Shown here piece after piece: positions 8,987 to 20,545 of a DNA stretch of 64,000 nt (its first letter is position 1; every line of letters begins with the position of its first letter). The DNA is taken from assembly GCA_963807715.1 (NCBI GenBank), contig CAWECK010000001.1, positions 672,638 to 736,637 of the forward strand, in the 5' to 3' direction. Position numbers and translations under genes: made by a program. The stretch comes from an uncultured Planctomycetia bacterium (GTDB lineage Bacteria; Planctomycetota; Planctomycetia; Pirellulales; PALSA-1355). The notes under the pieces were generated by a model, which made no database searches, was not told the origin of the DNA, and was given only the letters and a program-made list of their open reading frames with translations.

Positions 8987-9871
8987 TCACGGCTTCTGGT
9001 TAACAGCCGGCTGCAAGTGCCGATCGAAGAACTCGAACAGGGCCTTGTCCGCCGCTTCCTGGTCGGCCCCTTTAAAACCATGCCCGGCGCCAGGCAGGGT
9101 CAGCAACTCGGCTTCCACGTCCGAGGCCTTGAGGCGATCAACCAGCCATACCGCCTGCTCGTGCGCGACGTACTTATCCTCGGTGCCATGAATGCACAGG
9201 GTCGGAGCGGCTTGCGGCGTCACCCAATACAGCGGGCTGGCCAGGATATGCTGGTGCCGGGCCTGCTCCAAATCGCCCCCGAGAAACAGCGGCAGCACCT
9301 GGGCCGCGTCGACGCTCTTGCCGTAGGATTTTGTGAAGTCCGAGGGACCGTAGACGTTCACGACGCAGTGGACGGCGCTGGAAACCCCGGCGTTGCCGCC
9401 GGTCCCTTCAAATTGCTGCACGCCTTCGGTGACGGCGAGGAATTGGGCAAGGTGGCCGCCGGCCGAACCGCCTGTCACGCCAATCCGAGCGGGATCGATA
9501 TGGTATTTGGCCGCATTGGCCCGCAACCAGCGCACCGCCGCTTTGACGTCATGCACCGCGGCCGGAAAAGGATACTTGGGAGCCAGCCGGTAAGTAACCG
9601 TCGCGGCAACGTACCCGCGAGCCGCCAATTTTTTGCAAAGCCCGTCGTAGCCCTCGCGTTTGCCTGCCCGAAAACCGCCACCGTGAATGCACAGGACCGC
9701 GGGTAACGGTCCGTCACCGCCTTTGGGCCGTGCGAGGTTCAGTTGCAGATGCTCATCGTCCGGATTGGCATATTCAATGCCGCTCTCGAAAACAATCTCC
9801 ACCGGTTCGGCCGCCAGGCTGCGCGAATTCCAACCAAGCACGCCGCCCAGCAGCGCGCAAACGATAAACAA
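8987..9871 (-). CDS. Secreted alpha/beta-hydrolase fold-3 esterase/lipase (HSL-like)
   Basis: Has the oxyanion motif 'CIHGGGFRAG' and nucleophile elbow 'GVTGGSAGGHLA' (G-x-S-x-G). C-terminal 'HGTEDKYV' and 'GAGHGF' fit the Asp/His region. The ORF-track start at 9871 is a TTG. An ATG at 9906 in another frame ('MSFTKSGWLLAR') would give a better signal peptide if one T were missing near 9872-9876, so the 5' end is uncertain. Confidence 0.8.
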   Translation of the reverse strand: MFIVCALLGGVLGWNSRSLAAEPVEIVFESGIEYANPDDEHLQLNLARPKGGDGPLPAVLCIHGGGFRAGKREGYDGLCKKLAARGYVAATVTYRLAPKYPFPAAVHDVKAAVRWLRANAAKYHIDPARIGVTGGSAGGHLAQFLAVTEGVQQFEGTGGNAGVSSAVHCVVNVYGPSDFTKSYGKSVDAAQVLPLFLGGDLEQARHQHILASPLYWVTPQAAPTLCIHGTEDKYVAHEQAVWLVDRLKASDVEAELLTLPGAGHGFKGADQEAADKALFEFFDRHLQPAVNQKP

Positions 9872-10117
9872 CGAGCCAACAACCAGCCTGATTTCGTGAA
9901 TGACATGGGCACCATTTCTATGGGGGAGAAAATTTCTTGTCCGGAAACAACGAGCGACCAGTTCCTGGCCGCAGCACGTTCGCCAAGCTTTACGGGAAGC
10001 ACACGTTCACCGGCCCTAGAACCCGGAGACGCGTCGTAAATGAATTGTCAGCCCGGCTGTCGCCAGCCGAAATGGTAATCCAGACTAGGTGAACGCTCTC
10101 GGCATCGCAAGACAAAG

Positions 10118-11403
10118 TCAATTCGCTTTGGCTACATACCACGGGGTATCGTCTACTTTGAGATAATGTTGGATGACTTCAGGCGCGGTCACTTCGGGAA
10201 AGTTTGGCTTGCTGCCGTTGTGCATCACATCCACCAGCACGCGACGTCCGTCGTCGAGCACTACTTCATTCCACACATGCGGAGACCCGGGCGGACCGTT
10301 GCTCGCGTAATTGCCGCGAACGAGGGCCGCGCTGAGGCCGGCTTCATCGGCGAGGATTTTGAATAGCAAGCGAGCGGTGGCGGCAGACGCCGGCCTGGCA
10401 TTGGTCCATCCAGTCGCCGATGAGCAACTGGCTTGTTCGTAGAATTCTTTTTCTAAGTTGCTCGGTGGTCTGGACCACCCAGCGCAGGCCGCCTGGCGGA
10501 GTGGTTTCTTTATCGATGCGGGCGGCAAGACGCTGGATGCGCTCAAGCGTGGGCATTCCCCGCAGGTCGGGCGAGCTGGCAAAGGCCAGATCGTCTGCCA
10601 ATTCAACGTCGTGGGACCGGTCCACCAGGAGGATTTCGCGGCCCGACGTGGCGTACCCCTGGGTGTCGAGTGCCATGTGGCGTCCACCGTCGATGTACCC
10701 ATCCGGAATCTTCACGCCGGGACCCACGTAGTGCTGCTTGTTGAACAGGTTCACGACCTGTTGTGCATCGGCCGTGACTTCTGCAGCTGGGCGAGTCGGC
10801 AGGCAGGGTCTTGATCGCGAGGTCAAAGAACAGATCGCTGCTCTTCGCGGCGCCTTGGTGGACTTCAACAGCCAACAAGTTTTTCTGTCCCGAACGGACC
10901 GCGTTCGATGGCACGCGCAGCCGTGAATAGAAGCCTTCGTCGTTGTTGCCGAGCACTCTCAGCGCAAACGTGCTTGAACTTAGCGGTCCTTTCGGCATGT
11001 TCTCGCGGCCAATTTCCTGGCCATTGAGGTAGATGACAGCGCCATCGTCTACAGAGAACAAAATGACGAGACTCTCTCCCGGTTTGATTTCAGGCAAATC
11101 GAATTCACAACGGAACCAGGTAGTGATTGCCTGGTGTGTCGCGTCGGCGCCGGAGCGCACTTGCGTGCCCAGTTGCGGCTCGCCGTAACCAAGTGGAGCT
11201 TTGCCTGACTTCCATTGCGAATCATCGAAGCTGGGCTGGTTCCATTCCGCCTCGGGTTCGATTCCGCCGTCCAGGTACTTCCAGACCGTGGCGTTACCTG
11301 CTTTGAGCAGGGTACGGGCCGGGAGCGGCACCGACTGAAACGCAACAACTGCCATCAGCAGCACGACGACAAGACGAAGCGACTTACGACTTGGAGCCTT
11401 CAT
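10118..11403 (-). pseudogene. Secreted protein with an N-terminal beta-sandwich (carbohydrate-binding-like) domain and a C-terminal transglutaminase-like cysteine-protease core. Two frame changes.
   Basis: ATG 11403 opens 'MKAPSRKSLRLVVVLLMAVVAFQSVPLPA' (signal peptide). The protein continues through ORFs 10603..11469, 10344..10868 and 10118..10702. A Cys-His-Asp arrangement is seen in 'AGVCRH', 'SPHVWNEVVLDDG' and 'VLVDVMH', as in transglutaminase-like folds. Confidence 0.5.
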
Positions 11404-11565
11404 GGAGTAAACCGACATTTCCCATTTAAGTTTTGCCTGAAGCCGCCCCAGGCCAGCACCGGCGGCCATTTTACCACCGGAGTGCGCCCGCGTGTATTCT
11501 CTGAGCGAGACAGGGCCAACACTTTGCTTAGATTACTCTAAGCTCATCTGATTCTCAGCCGATCT

Positions 11566-12885
11566 TCAGCTCAGATTGGGCATGCCGCCATCGCCGCAGT
11601 AGTCGGGATTGCCAAACCGTTTGATCTCGTGACCAAAGGCGTGAGCCAGCGACATCAACAGCCGGTTGTGCGGCAGGTTGGGAAACTTGACGGAGCGGCC
11701 CATGCGGAAGCCGAGCCCATTGCCGACCAGGACGAACGGGATGTTGTCGAGCGTGTGCGAGTTCCCTTTGCCCAATTCGTTGGTCCACACGATCAACGTG
11801 TTGTCCAACAGGCTGCCGCCGCCCCCCGGCTCCGGCGTGTCGGCCAACCGCTCGGCGAGCTGGACGATCTGTTCGCAATACCAATGATTGATTTTGGTGA
11901 GCTTGGCTTGCGCCGCTTCCTTCGAATCTGGTTCGTGCGACAATTCGTGGTGTCCTTCTTCGACCCCCAGCCAGTGCATCTTGGCGCCGCCTACCGAATT
12001 CGTGAACTGCAACGTTGCGACCCGGGCGAAATCAGCCAGGAAACTGTTCACCATCAGGTCGATTTGCATCTTCGCAATGCGCGGCATGTTGTCGTTTTCT
12101 TCCTTGACGCCGGGCTCGATTTCGGGCACGGCGTGTCCGAGATCGTGCCCGCTGGCGGCTTGCATCTCGCGCTCCATCTTGCGGACCAGCGCGGCATGTT
12201 CATCGAGCAGTCGCCGATCCGCCTTGCTCACCAACGGCGCAATCTTGTTGAAGTCGTCTTGGACCTCGTCCAACACGCTATGCAGACGCTCCTGGTCCTT
12301 GACGCGTCCGTAGAGCTTGCCGAACATTTGATAGGGATTGTCGATCGGGGCAATCGGCTTATTCGGGCCGGAATAGACCATGCGGGTCCATGTGTCGGCC
12401 CGATCGGGCACCATCACGCCGAATTCCAGCGAGCCAAACCGGGTGCGCGTTTCCGCGTTTTGCTGAAGATAATTCGCGATTTCCTGGTCGATCGAAATGC
12501 CGCTCGACCAACCGGCCGGCGTGTCGGAGCCGCCTTGAATGTTTCCCGGGAACAGTTCGATGCCCGTGAGCAGGCAGCCGATGCCGCGCATGTGGTTGTC
12601 GCCGTCGCCGCGGACCTTGTCGCAAACGCCATGCAGCACCAGGGTCCGGTCCCGCAACGGCTCGAGCGGCGTCAGGCTCTCCTTGAAAGTGAACTGCTCG
12701 CCTTCCTCATCCGGCCAAAAGGTTGTCGGCACCACGCCGTTCGGACTGAAAACGATCACCAATCGCTTTTTGCGCTGCTGCTGATTGGCAAAGCCCAGGC
12801 TGGGCAGATTCAACACGAACGGAACCGTCGCAGCGCCCAAGCCAAGGCGGCGAATGAATTGGCGTCGGCTGGTGTACTGTGCCAC
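11566..12885 (-). CDS. DUF1552-domain protein (Tat-signal), intact
   Basis: GTG start 12885 lies 8 nt after AGGAG. '[26 protein letters not shown]...[19 protein letters not shown]' and 'HHELSHEPD' match my recollection of the planctomycete DUF1552 family. That family is normally paired with a DUF1592/DUF1588 gene, as here. Confidence 0.8.
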   Translation of the reverse strand: MAQYTSRRQFIRRLGLGAATVPFVLNLPSLGFANQQQRKKRLVIVFSPNGVVPTTFWPDEEGEQFTFKESLTPLEPLRDRTLVLHGVCDKVRGDGDNHMRGIGCLLTGIELFPGNIQGGSDTPAGWSSGISIDQEIANYLQQNAETRTRFGSLEFGVMVPDRADTWTRMVYSGPNKPIAPIDNPYQMFGKLYGRVKDQERLHSVLDEVQDDFNKIAPLVSKADRRLLDEHAALVRKMEREMQAASGHDLGHAVPEIEPGVKEENDNMPRIAKMQIDLMVNSFLADFARVATLQFTNSVGGAKMHWLGVEEGHHELSHEPDSKEAAQAKLTKINHWYCEQIVQLAERLADTPEPGGGGSLLDNTLIVWTNELGKGNSHTLDNIPFVLVGNGLGFRMGRSVKFPNLPHNRLLMSLAHAFGHEIKRFGNPDYCGDGGMPNLS

Positions 12886-12946
12886 GTGGTAGGCTCCTGA
12901 TTCTCAAGGACGCTGGAGAGAAGTTTTTAATAGTCGTTGGCCGACG

Positions 12947-15310
12947 TCACTGCCTGCCGTGCAGGGCTGTTGCCACCATGATCTCGACCATCAATTTACG
13001 AATATTGAACTCTTGTTGCGCGAAACGGCGCTGTAATTCAGGCAGCGTCTCCGGCCCGTAGGCCAAGACGGGTTGCTTCACCAGATAGTGAAATAGTTGT
13101 TCGATGAAGGCCTCGTGGGTCTCCTCGCTCGTAGACAGAAACTCGGCCAGTTCGCGCACATCGGAAAATTTAATCACGTCGCCGGTCCGAGTGAGATAGG
13201 TTCCCGTGGCATCGATCGGCCGCCCCTTCTCCTCGTCGCGATATCTGCCAACCGCGTCGAAATGCTCGAATGCAAAACCCAGAGGGTTGATCATGCGATG
13301 GCACGACTGGCAGGACTGGGCTTCGGTTTGCAGAGTGACTCGCTGCCGGGTTGTCAGATCGGCGTGCAGTTCCGGCGGCAACGGGGCCACGGCTTCCGGC
13401 GGCGGGCGCAGCGATCGGCCCAGGACGCTCCGCGCCACGAACACGCCACGATGAATCGGCGAGCTGGTCGCGGTATAGGCATAGCCGGCCATGAGGTACG
13501 GATGGGTCAGCACGCCGGCCCGTTCTCCCGACTGGAGAGACACTTTCTCGAACGGCGCATCGGCCGCCAGGTTCGCGGCGTAAAACTTCGCCAGCCGGCC
13601 GTTGAGGTAGAGGGAATCCGCCAGCAGCAATTGACGGAAGTCGGACGCCTCGCTCCATACGACGTCTTCCAGAAACAGGTCGAGGGCCGTGTGCAGGTCC
13701 GAGACGACCGCATCGTCAAAATCGGGAAACCGCTTCGAGTCTTTCGACAACTCCTCGAATCGATCGAGCCGCAGCCATTGCGAAAAAAAGTCGTGCAGCT
13801 TGCCGTGCGTGCGCATGTCGTCGACCATGCGCGTGGCCTGCCGTCGCACCTCGTCCGGTTTGCTTAACTTGCCGGCCACGGCCGCCCGCAACAACTCGTC
13901 GTCCGGCAGCGAATCCCACAAACTGTACGAAAGCCGGGCCGCCACGTCGTAGGCATCCCCCTGGCGCTGATCCAATTCGCGGTACAGAAAGCGGGGCGAC
14001 ATCAGCGTCAGCAGGACCACACGCTTCAGCGCCGTCTCCGGATCGGACACCTCTTGAAACTGCCGATCGATGAAGTCCCGCTTGAATTCGTCGTCCAGCG
14101 GGCGGCGCAGGGCGCGGCTGGCGAAGCGATAGGAAAACTCGCGAAGTTTATCGGCTCGATCGGCCCCGACGGCGGGCGCTCCGACAATTCGCCAACGTTC
14201 GCGCCGACATAATCGGCGGCTTCGAGCGCCGCATCGGTAACGGCCTGGCTCCAGGCCTGCGAAATCGAAGTGCCCCGTTCATAGCCCATGCTCCGATCAT
14301 CCGGTGGAAATCGGGTTTGCACGACCAGCGTGGCCGGAGAATTGACGGGCGACAAATACCGGGCCGCGATGATTTCCGACTCGCGGTGCGGTATCGTCCA
14401 TTTCAAGGCAACACGCGCCGTCTTCTCTTTGGCTTTCTTGGTTTTGAAAAAATCCAATCGTAGCGGATACGTTCGACCACCCAACAACCAAACAGTCTGT
14501 CGAAATTCCAGATCGTTGCCCGACCGCACGCCGGCATCGATTAGCGGGTGACTCTGATCGTTGACCCACAGAAATGCGCCGTTTTCGGTCTCCAGAATAA
14601 ACTCATACTCGCCAGTTTCCGGCGCATAAATGGAACCCTTCCATCGCAACCCGAATTCCTCGGGCTCAATCTCGCCAGGCACCGGACTATCGGCGCCAAA
14701 ATCGAATTGCACTACCGGATCGAGCCGTTCCAGCTTGCGTTCTTTGCCGTTGAACTGGCGCGACTTGAAATACTCTCCCTTGAGTCCGCGTTGGTTGTCC
14801 CAGCGGCCGCCGCGGAACTTGGCCATCAAGTCCGACACCGTGTGCCGGTATTGGCGCACGGTCAGTCGCGACAGCTCGATGCGAGCCGGTTGGTTGCGCC
14901 TGGGCTATGGGTGAATAAAACGCATCGTAGATATAGGCGGCTACTTTGCGAGCGTCCTCTCCGACGCATTTTCCGGGAGCGTCTTCCGGCATCGTCTTTT
15001 CGATCAGCTTGGTCAGTTCGTCCAGCGACCGATCGCCCGCCAACGGCTTGCCGTGCAGGTCCTTGACACCCTCCCCTTTCGCTCCGTGGCACCTTGCGCA
15101 AAGCTCCCGGAAAACATCGGCTCCGGTCCGCTCGTCGGCGGCGGATGCCGGCGCCGTCAATAGCCAGATCATGCCGCAGAGCAACGACAGCCAAGTCAGC
15201 CCGGCGCGAGCCCGGCGCCGCGGTCCGCGGGCAACTGCTCTCCATGAAGTCAAGCGGAACGTGCTGGTGTGACGCAGAGCGCAGGATTCCATTTCAAAAC
15301 TAGCGGCCAA
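12947..15310 (-). pseudogene. Cytochrome-c / PA14-like / DUF1592-DUF1588-DUF1585 family protein (partner of DUF1552). Two frame changes.
   Basis: The N-terminal fragment (ORF 14687..15310) has the heme motif 'CARCHGAKGEG'. The middle fragment (14026..14859) has a PA14-like 'GLKGEYF...GEYEFILETENGAFLWVND'. The C-terminal fragment (12947..14050) has 'LTHPYLMAGYAYTATSSPIHRGVFV...SCQSCHRMINPLGFAFEHFD', which is DUF1588-like. Confidence 0.7.
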
Positions 15311-15613
15311 TCGATTCAGAAGCCTTTAGATTACTCGGATTCGTGGCTCTTGTCATGGGCAGCCGGGGTGGCGCGTAAAGGGGGCGTCGGGCCGGCAATT
15401 TCGCCCCGCCGGCTGCGGAAACCGCCCGGATACCGCACGAAAAGGAGGCGTCGGAACCTGTCAGCCGGACCGTCAGTGCACCCTAATTTCCGCCCCGTCA
15501 AGTCTTTGTGCATCCTCGCAAGAGCGGGGTGCATGGGTTAAGCTGTGGTGACGTGGACGGCACTGCCTGCACCGCTCCGCTCGACAGATTCATGGGAAAG
15601 CCTAGGGTGGCCT

Positions 15614-16912
15614 ATGAAAACAGGATCTAAGCTGCAAGGGATCTGCGGATTGCTGCTCGCACTGATGATTGCCCAGTCGGTGCTCGGCGGAGATCTTGTG
15701 GTTGGCATGTCGGCGGCTTTCCACGGCTCTTCCCGCGGGCTGAGCATCGAGCTTTATCGCGGATCCTTGGCCTACTTCGAACACGTCAATCAGTCGGGAG
15801 GAGTCCACGGCAGAAAGCTCCGCATCAAAGCCTACGACGACGGCTACAACCCAATTCCCGCGATCGAAAACACGCTTCAATTGATCGAGAAGGACGACGT
15901 CTTTCTCCTGTTCGACTATATGGGCTCGGCCACTGTCGCCCGGGTGCTGCCGCTCCTCAAAAAATTTCACGATAACGAACGGCAAGTGTACCTGTTCTTC
16001 CCGTTCACCGGGGCCGAACCGCAGCGCCAGTTCCCATACAATGCGTTTGTCTATAATTTGCGGGCCTCCTACCACCAGGAAACGTCAGCTCTCGTCGAAC
16101 ATTTCCTGGCAATCGGCCGCACGAAGATTGCCGTTTTTTACCAGGTCGATGCTTACGGTCGCAGCGGTTGGGACGGCGCTCGCCGCACCCTGGCTCAATA
16201 TGACGAAAAGGGCCAGCGATTGCCGGACAGCGAACCGCGCGATTCCAAAAAACGGCTGAAAATGGTGGCCGAAGCCAGTTACGTCCGCAACGCGGCATTC
16301 GAGGCAAGCTTCCAGCCGCAAGTCGAGATCTTGCGCAAGGCGGACCCAGACGCCGTGATCTCCGTGGGAACCTACTCGGCTTGCGCGGCCTTCGTGCGGG
16401 ACGCGCGCGATGCGGGCTGGAATGTTCCGATCGCCAATCTTTCGGGAGTCGACAGTGAAAACTTGCTCGCGCTGCTCGTTAAGGCTGGGCAGGCCAGCGG
16501 CAAAGATTACCTGGGCAACCTCATCAACTCCCAGGTCGTACCCAGCTACGATCTCGAATCCTTGCCGGCGATCTGCCAGTATCGCGAGCTGATGACCCGT
16601 TATCGTCCGGTCCCGCCGCCTGAACTTCTCGACCAGCCTTACACGGCCCCGCAATACAGTTACATTAGTTGCGAAGGCTTCCTGAACGCGAAGGTGCTGG
16701 TCGAGGTTCTGAGTCGGCTCGGGCCGAATCCACGACAATCTCGCATTCAAGAAGTCGTCGAAAGCCTGACTGATTTTGACCTGGGAATCGACGTACCGGT
16801 CAGTTTTGGACCGCTCAGACACCAGGGCATGGACAAGGTGTACTGCACGGTGGTCGTCGGAGGACGCTTCGTGCCACTGGTGGAGGAAGATTGGCAGCAA
16901 TGGCGCAAATGA
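15614..16912 (+). CDS. Periplasmic binding protein, type-1 (LivK/branched-chain amino-acid-binding-like), intact
   Basis: ATG 15614. Signal peptide 'MKTGSKLQGICGLLLALMIAQSVLG'. 'VVGMSAAFHGSSRGLSIELYRGSLAYFEHVNQSGGVHGRKLRIKAYDDGYNP' is the typical PBP1 N-lobe. Its stop TGA (16910-16912) overlaps the ATG (16909) of the downstream kinase in an ATGA overlap. Confidence 0.75.
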   Translation: MKTGSKLQGICGLLLALMIAQSVLGGDLVVGMSAAFHGSSRGLSIELYRGSLAYFEHVNQSGGVHGRKLRIKAYDDGYNPIPAIENTLQLIEKDDVFLLFDYMGSATVARVLPLLKKFHDNERQVYLFFPFTGAEPQRQFPYNAFVYNLRASYHQETSALVEHFLAIGRTKIAVFYQVDAYGRSGWDGARRTLAQYDEKGQRLPDSEPRDSKKRLKMVAEASYVRNAAFEASFQPQVEILRKADPDAVISVGTYSACAAFVRDARDAGWNVPIANLSGVDSENLLALLVKAGQASGKDYLGNLINSQVVPSYDLESLPAICQYRELMTRYRPVPPPELLDQPYTAPQYSYISCEGFLNAKVLVEVLSRLGPNPRQSRIQEVVESLTDFDLGIDVPVSFGPLRHQGMDKVYCTVVVGGRFVPLVEEDWQQWRK

Positions 16913-19900
16913 AGTTTTCCAGACTTTTCACCAAAGCGCTCCTGGTGCTTGGTGCTCATCTTTGGGCTCGCTACCGCGGCAACTGCCGTCTTTTCGGCCT
17001 GGATCGTCGAAAGGAATCTGGCCGAACAGTTCGAGAGCAAAGGCAAGGCCATCGCCAATGGCATCGCCAGTTCAGCGGTTGAAAGCCTGCTGTACCGTGA
17101 CGCCGCCAGCATTCAGGCGATGGTCGATCAATACCTGGCAGAGGGCAAGGTTCGAGGCGTCTTTTATATCTTTGTCGTCGATGCGCGAGGCGATATCGTC
17201 TCGCACACCTTCTCGCCGGGAATTCCGCCGGAGATGCTCTCCCTGAAGGGAGACCGGTACGAAACCGTCGTTTGCCACACCACGATCGACGGCAAGGGGA
17301 ATTACATGGACATCGCCGTCGCCGATCCTGGCCAGCGAAATCGGCATGGTCCACGTCGGCATGGACTACCGGTTGATTCGGGGAGCCGTCCAGGCAGCCG
17401 TGTTCCAGCAGACGGCGCTCATCGGCTCGATATTTCTGTGCAGTGTGCTGGCAGCTTTTTTGTTGATGAACCGGATTGCCGAACCACTCGACAAACTCAC
17501 CCGCTGCGCCAATCAACTGGCGGCCGGCAACGCCAACTCCGCCGAACAAGGCGCCGTCGACTCGCAGCTCCTTTCCGCAATCGAAAGAACCGATGAGGTG
17601 GGACATTTGGCCCGCGCCTTTCGGCACATGGTGCGCGAAATTGCCGGCCGCGAGCGAAGCATCAAGGCGGCGGAAGAAGCCTTGCGCCGCAGCGAGACCC
17701 ATTTTCGTTCACTCATCGAAAACGTGGCCGACGTCATCTGCAAACTCGACGGCGCCGGCAACCTGCTTTACGCCAGTCCGTCGGTCCAGACCCTGCTCGG
17801 CATTCCACCGGACGCTTTACAGCAGCTAAACCTGTCCGGCTTCGTCCACGAGGATGATCGCAGGGCTTTCGCGCAGGCGTTGGGACAGGCCATTCAGCGC
17901 CCGGGGGCCAGCTTCACCGTGGAACTCGGCTTGCACCATCGAGACGGCTCGGACCGGGTCGTCGAAGCGATTATCCACAATCTCTTGGCCGACGCCGCGG
18001 TGCAGGGCGTAATCGTCAACTTGCGAGACATCACGCAGCGCAAACAAACGGAAGAACTGCGGCAAGCCAAGGAGGTCGCCGAGGCGGCGAACCGGGCCAA
18101 GAGCGAGTTCCTGGCGAACATGAGCCACGAGCTCCGCACGCCCATGAACGGCATTATCGGCATGACCGAATTGGCCCTCGACGCTCCGCTCAGTCCCGAA
18201 CAGCGCGAGCATCTGGAGCTCGTCAAACTCTCCGCCGATTCGCTGTTGGCCATTATCAACGACATCCTCGACTTCTCCAAAATCGAAGCCGGGCGGCTCG
18301 ACATCGATCCGATCGACTTCGACCTGCGAGACAGCATCGGCGATACCATGAAATCGCTCGGCGTGCGGGCCCACAAGAAAAACCTCGAACTGGCCTACTC
18401 CATCGCCTCGGACGTGCCGGAGGTGCTCGTTGGCGACCCAGGCCGGCTGCGCCAGATCTTGATCAATCTGGTCGGCAACGCGATCAAGTTCACGGAGCAG
18501 GGCGAGGTCGTTGTGCTGGTCCACTTGGATAGCATCACCAACAGCGACACCTGTTTGCATTTCTCCGTTCGCGATACGGGCATCGGCATCGCTTTGCAGA
18601 AGCAGCACGTCATCTTCGAACCGTTCATCCAGTCGGACAGTTCGACGACCCGCAAATACGGCGGCACGGGTTTGGGATTGGCAATTTCCTCGCAATTAGT
18701 AGTGCTCATGAAGGGCCGCATCTGGCTGGAAAGCGAAGTCGGCTGCGGCGCAACCTTTCATTTCACGGCCAACTTCGGGCGTTCAAGTGTCCCAGCGGCA
18801 AGTTTGCGCCGCATTCCTTCGGCAAATGTCGCAGGTCTGTCGGTGCTGGTCGTCGACGACAATGAGACCAATCGACGCATTCTGGTCGAAATGCTGACGA
18901 ATTGGCATATGAAGCCTGTCATGACCGACAGCGGCGACGCAGGCGCTCGTTGAACTCCAGCGGGCTGTCGACCGCGGCGAGCCGTTCGCCTTGGCGATTA
19001 TCGATTTCATGATGCCCGAGATGGACGGCTTCAAATTGGCCGAACGGATCAAACGTCACCCGGCGTTCGCCTCCACCGCCATCGTCATCTTGTCGTCGAG
19101 CAGCCAACCCGGCGACGGAGCCCGCTGCCGTCACCTGGGCATTCAGGCGTATCTGCTGAAACCGGCAAAGCAATCGGAATTGCTCGAAAGCATTCGACTT
19201 TGTTGCGGGCCTCTGACCGATCAACAGAGCCCCGCGGCGGCCGGAGACTTAGTGGCCGGCCCCGAGCGGGCACTACGGATCTTGCTGGCTGAAGACAATG
19301 CCGTCAATCAACGATTGGCCATTGGATTGCTGGTGAAACACGGTCATACGATCGTCGTGGCCGGCAATGGCCGGCAGACGATCAACGCCTGGGAGCGGGA
19401 GCCCTTTGATTTGATACTCATGGATGTGCAAATGCCCGAGCTGGATGGTTTTGAAACGACAGCCGCCATCCGCGCGCGTGAAGCGCCCGGCAACCGCATC
19501 CCGATTATCGCGATGACGGCGCATGCCATGAAGGGAGACCGCGAACGCTGTCTGGCCGCCGGCATGGATGGGTACGTCGCGAAGCCGATTCAGACGCGAG
19601 AACTGTTCGAAGCAATTCAAGGCCTGAACGTGGTGAACCCCGCACCGGTGGATCCGCCGACACGGTCGATCACCGCGGAGCCGTTCGATTTCGCGAAGGC
19701 GCTTGTCGCCGTGGAAGGAGATCAGGCGCTCCTGAGCGATCTGGCAGGCATCTTCATGGACGAATCCAGGCAACTATTATCGCAAGCGAAGGCGGCCATC
19801 GAGTCTCACAACGTCAAGGACCTGTACGTTGCCGTCCACACGCTCAAGGGATCCGCAAGCGTCTTCTTCGCGCAGAGGGTCGTTGCAACCGCCTTCATCC

Positions 19901-20034
19901 TGGAAACCGTAGCCGAACAAGCGGACTTCCTCAAGGCGGAATCCGTCTGCAAAGCGCTGGACCACGAACTGACCAACTTGCGGACCGCCCTAGCCGCCAT
20001 CGTGCCATCGCGCTCCGTGACAAAAGCTCTGTAA
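16909..20034 (+). pseudogene. Hybrid sensor histidine kinase: periplasmic sensor, HAMP, PAS, HisKA, HATPase, REC, REC, HPt. About 3 frame changes as assembled.
   Basis: 'MKFSRLFTKALLVLG' (frame 1), then ORF 16949..17596 (sensor domain), then ORF 17346..18953, then ORF 18991..20034. The third fragment carries the H-box '[18 protein letters not shown]', N-box '[12 protein letters not shown]' and G-box 'RDTGIGI...[10 protein letters not shown]', then '[14 protein letters not shown]'. The last fragment carries 'IIDFMMPEMDG', a second receiver 'ILLAEDNAVNQRL...LILMDVQMPELDG...KP', and HPt 'VAVHTLKGSASVF'. Confidence 0.8.
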
Positions 20035-20079
20035 CGCAGAAACGGAAATGATCCGTTTTGCCGGGCTCGGCCGCTTGGT

Positions 20080-20436
20080 TCACGGAGCTGCGGAGCTTCC
20101 AATCGCTGCCATCGGTTCCGCGTGGCCGTTATCTTCACAAACAGGATCCAGTGGCAAGGCTCCGACTTGCTCGTTGCCCGCCTGCGGCAGCGGATGCCGG
20201 AAAAACTCCGCCACCGCGCAACCATAGATGGTTGCGAGCACGCTGAGATCACTGGCAAACGGTTCTCGCGACGTGCAGCCTATCCCTCGCTCCCATGCCA
20301 GAAGCGTTCCGCGTGTGCAGGCCAGTCCCCTTAACGCGAGCAAAGCGGCAGCTCGAGTGGCACTCATCCCGGATCTATGGCGTGCTGCCTTAAGTTCTAC
20401 GGCAAGCAATTGCCTTCGTTCTAGGTTATAGGACAT
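20080..20436 (-). CDS. XRE-family helix-turn-helix transcriptional regulator
   Basis: ATG 20436 follows 'GAGGGGAG' plus 5 nt. 'LLAVELKAARHRSGMSATRAAALLALRGLACTRGTLLAWERG' fits an HTH_XRE pattern. The ORF track extends to 20481 but that stretch has no ribosome-binding site. Confidence 0.6.
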   Translation of the reverse strand: MSYNLERRQLLAVELKAARHRSGMSATRAAALLALRGLACTRGTLLAWERGIGCTSREPFASDLSVLATIYGCAVAEFFRHPLPQAGNEQVGALPLDPVCEDNGHAEPMAAIGSSAAP

Positions 20437-20452
20437 TGAAACTCCCCTCGGT

Positions 20453-20470
20453 TGGTATGCGTGCATACCA
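20453..20470. promoter_or_regulatory. Candidate operator palindrome TGGTATGC-GT-GCATACCA upstream of the XRE gene
   Basis: 8-bp perfect inverted arms with a 2-bp spacer, 17 nt upstream of the XRE start codon. This geometry is typical of autoregulated HTH repressors. Confidence 0.3.
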
Positions 20471-20545
20471 TGGCAATGCACGTCGTTCCTAAATCCGTGA
20501 ATCGATCTCCCTACGATTCTTTTGACAGCTTCCGCTGGATGACTT

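Noticed and set aside
11527-11540. 11-mer 'TTAGATTACTC' shared with 15326..15338, both upstream of minus-strand genes, considered as a shared regulatory motif
   Set aside because: Exact 11-mer matches are expected many times by chance among all position pairs in 64 kb on both strands, and the flanking bases do not extend the similarity.
11629-12900. 423-aa plus-strand ORF antisense to the DUF1552 gene. Similar long antisense ORFs occur at 16085..16900, 17826..18695, 30938..31963, 35169..35879 and 13097..13867.
   Set aside because: These are shadow ORFs of GC-rich coding regions. Their composition is dominated by Arg/Ala/Gly/Pro with no recognisable motifs, whereas the opposite strand carries clear family signatures.
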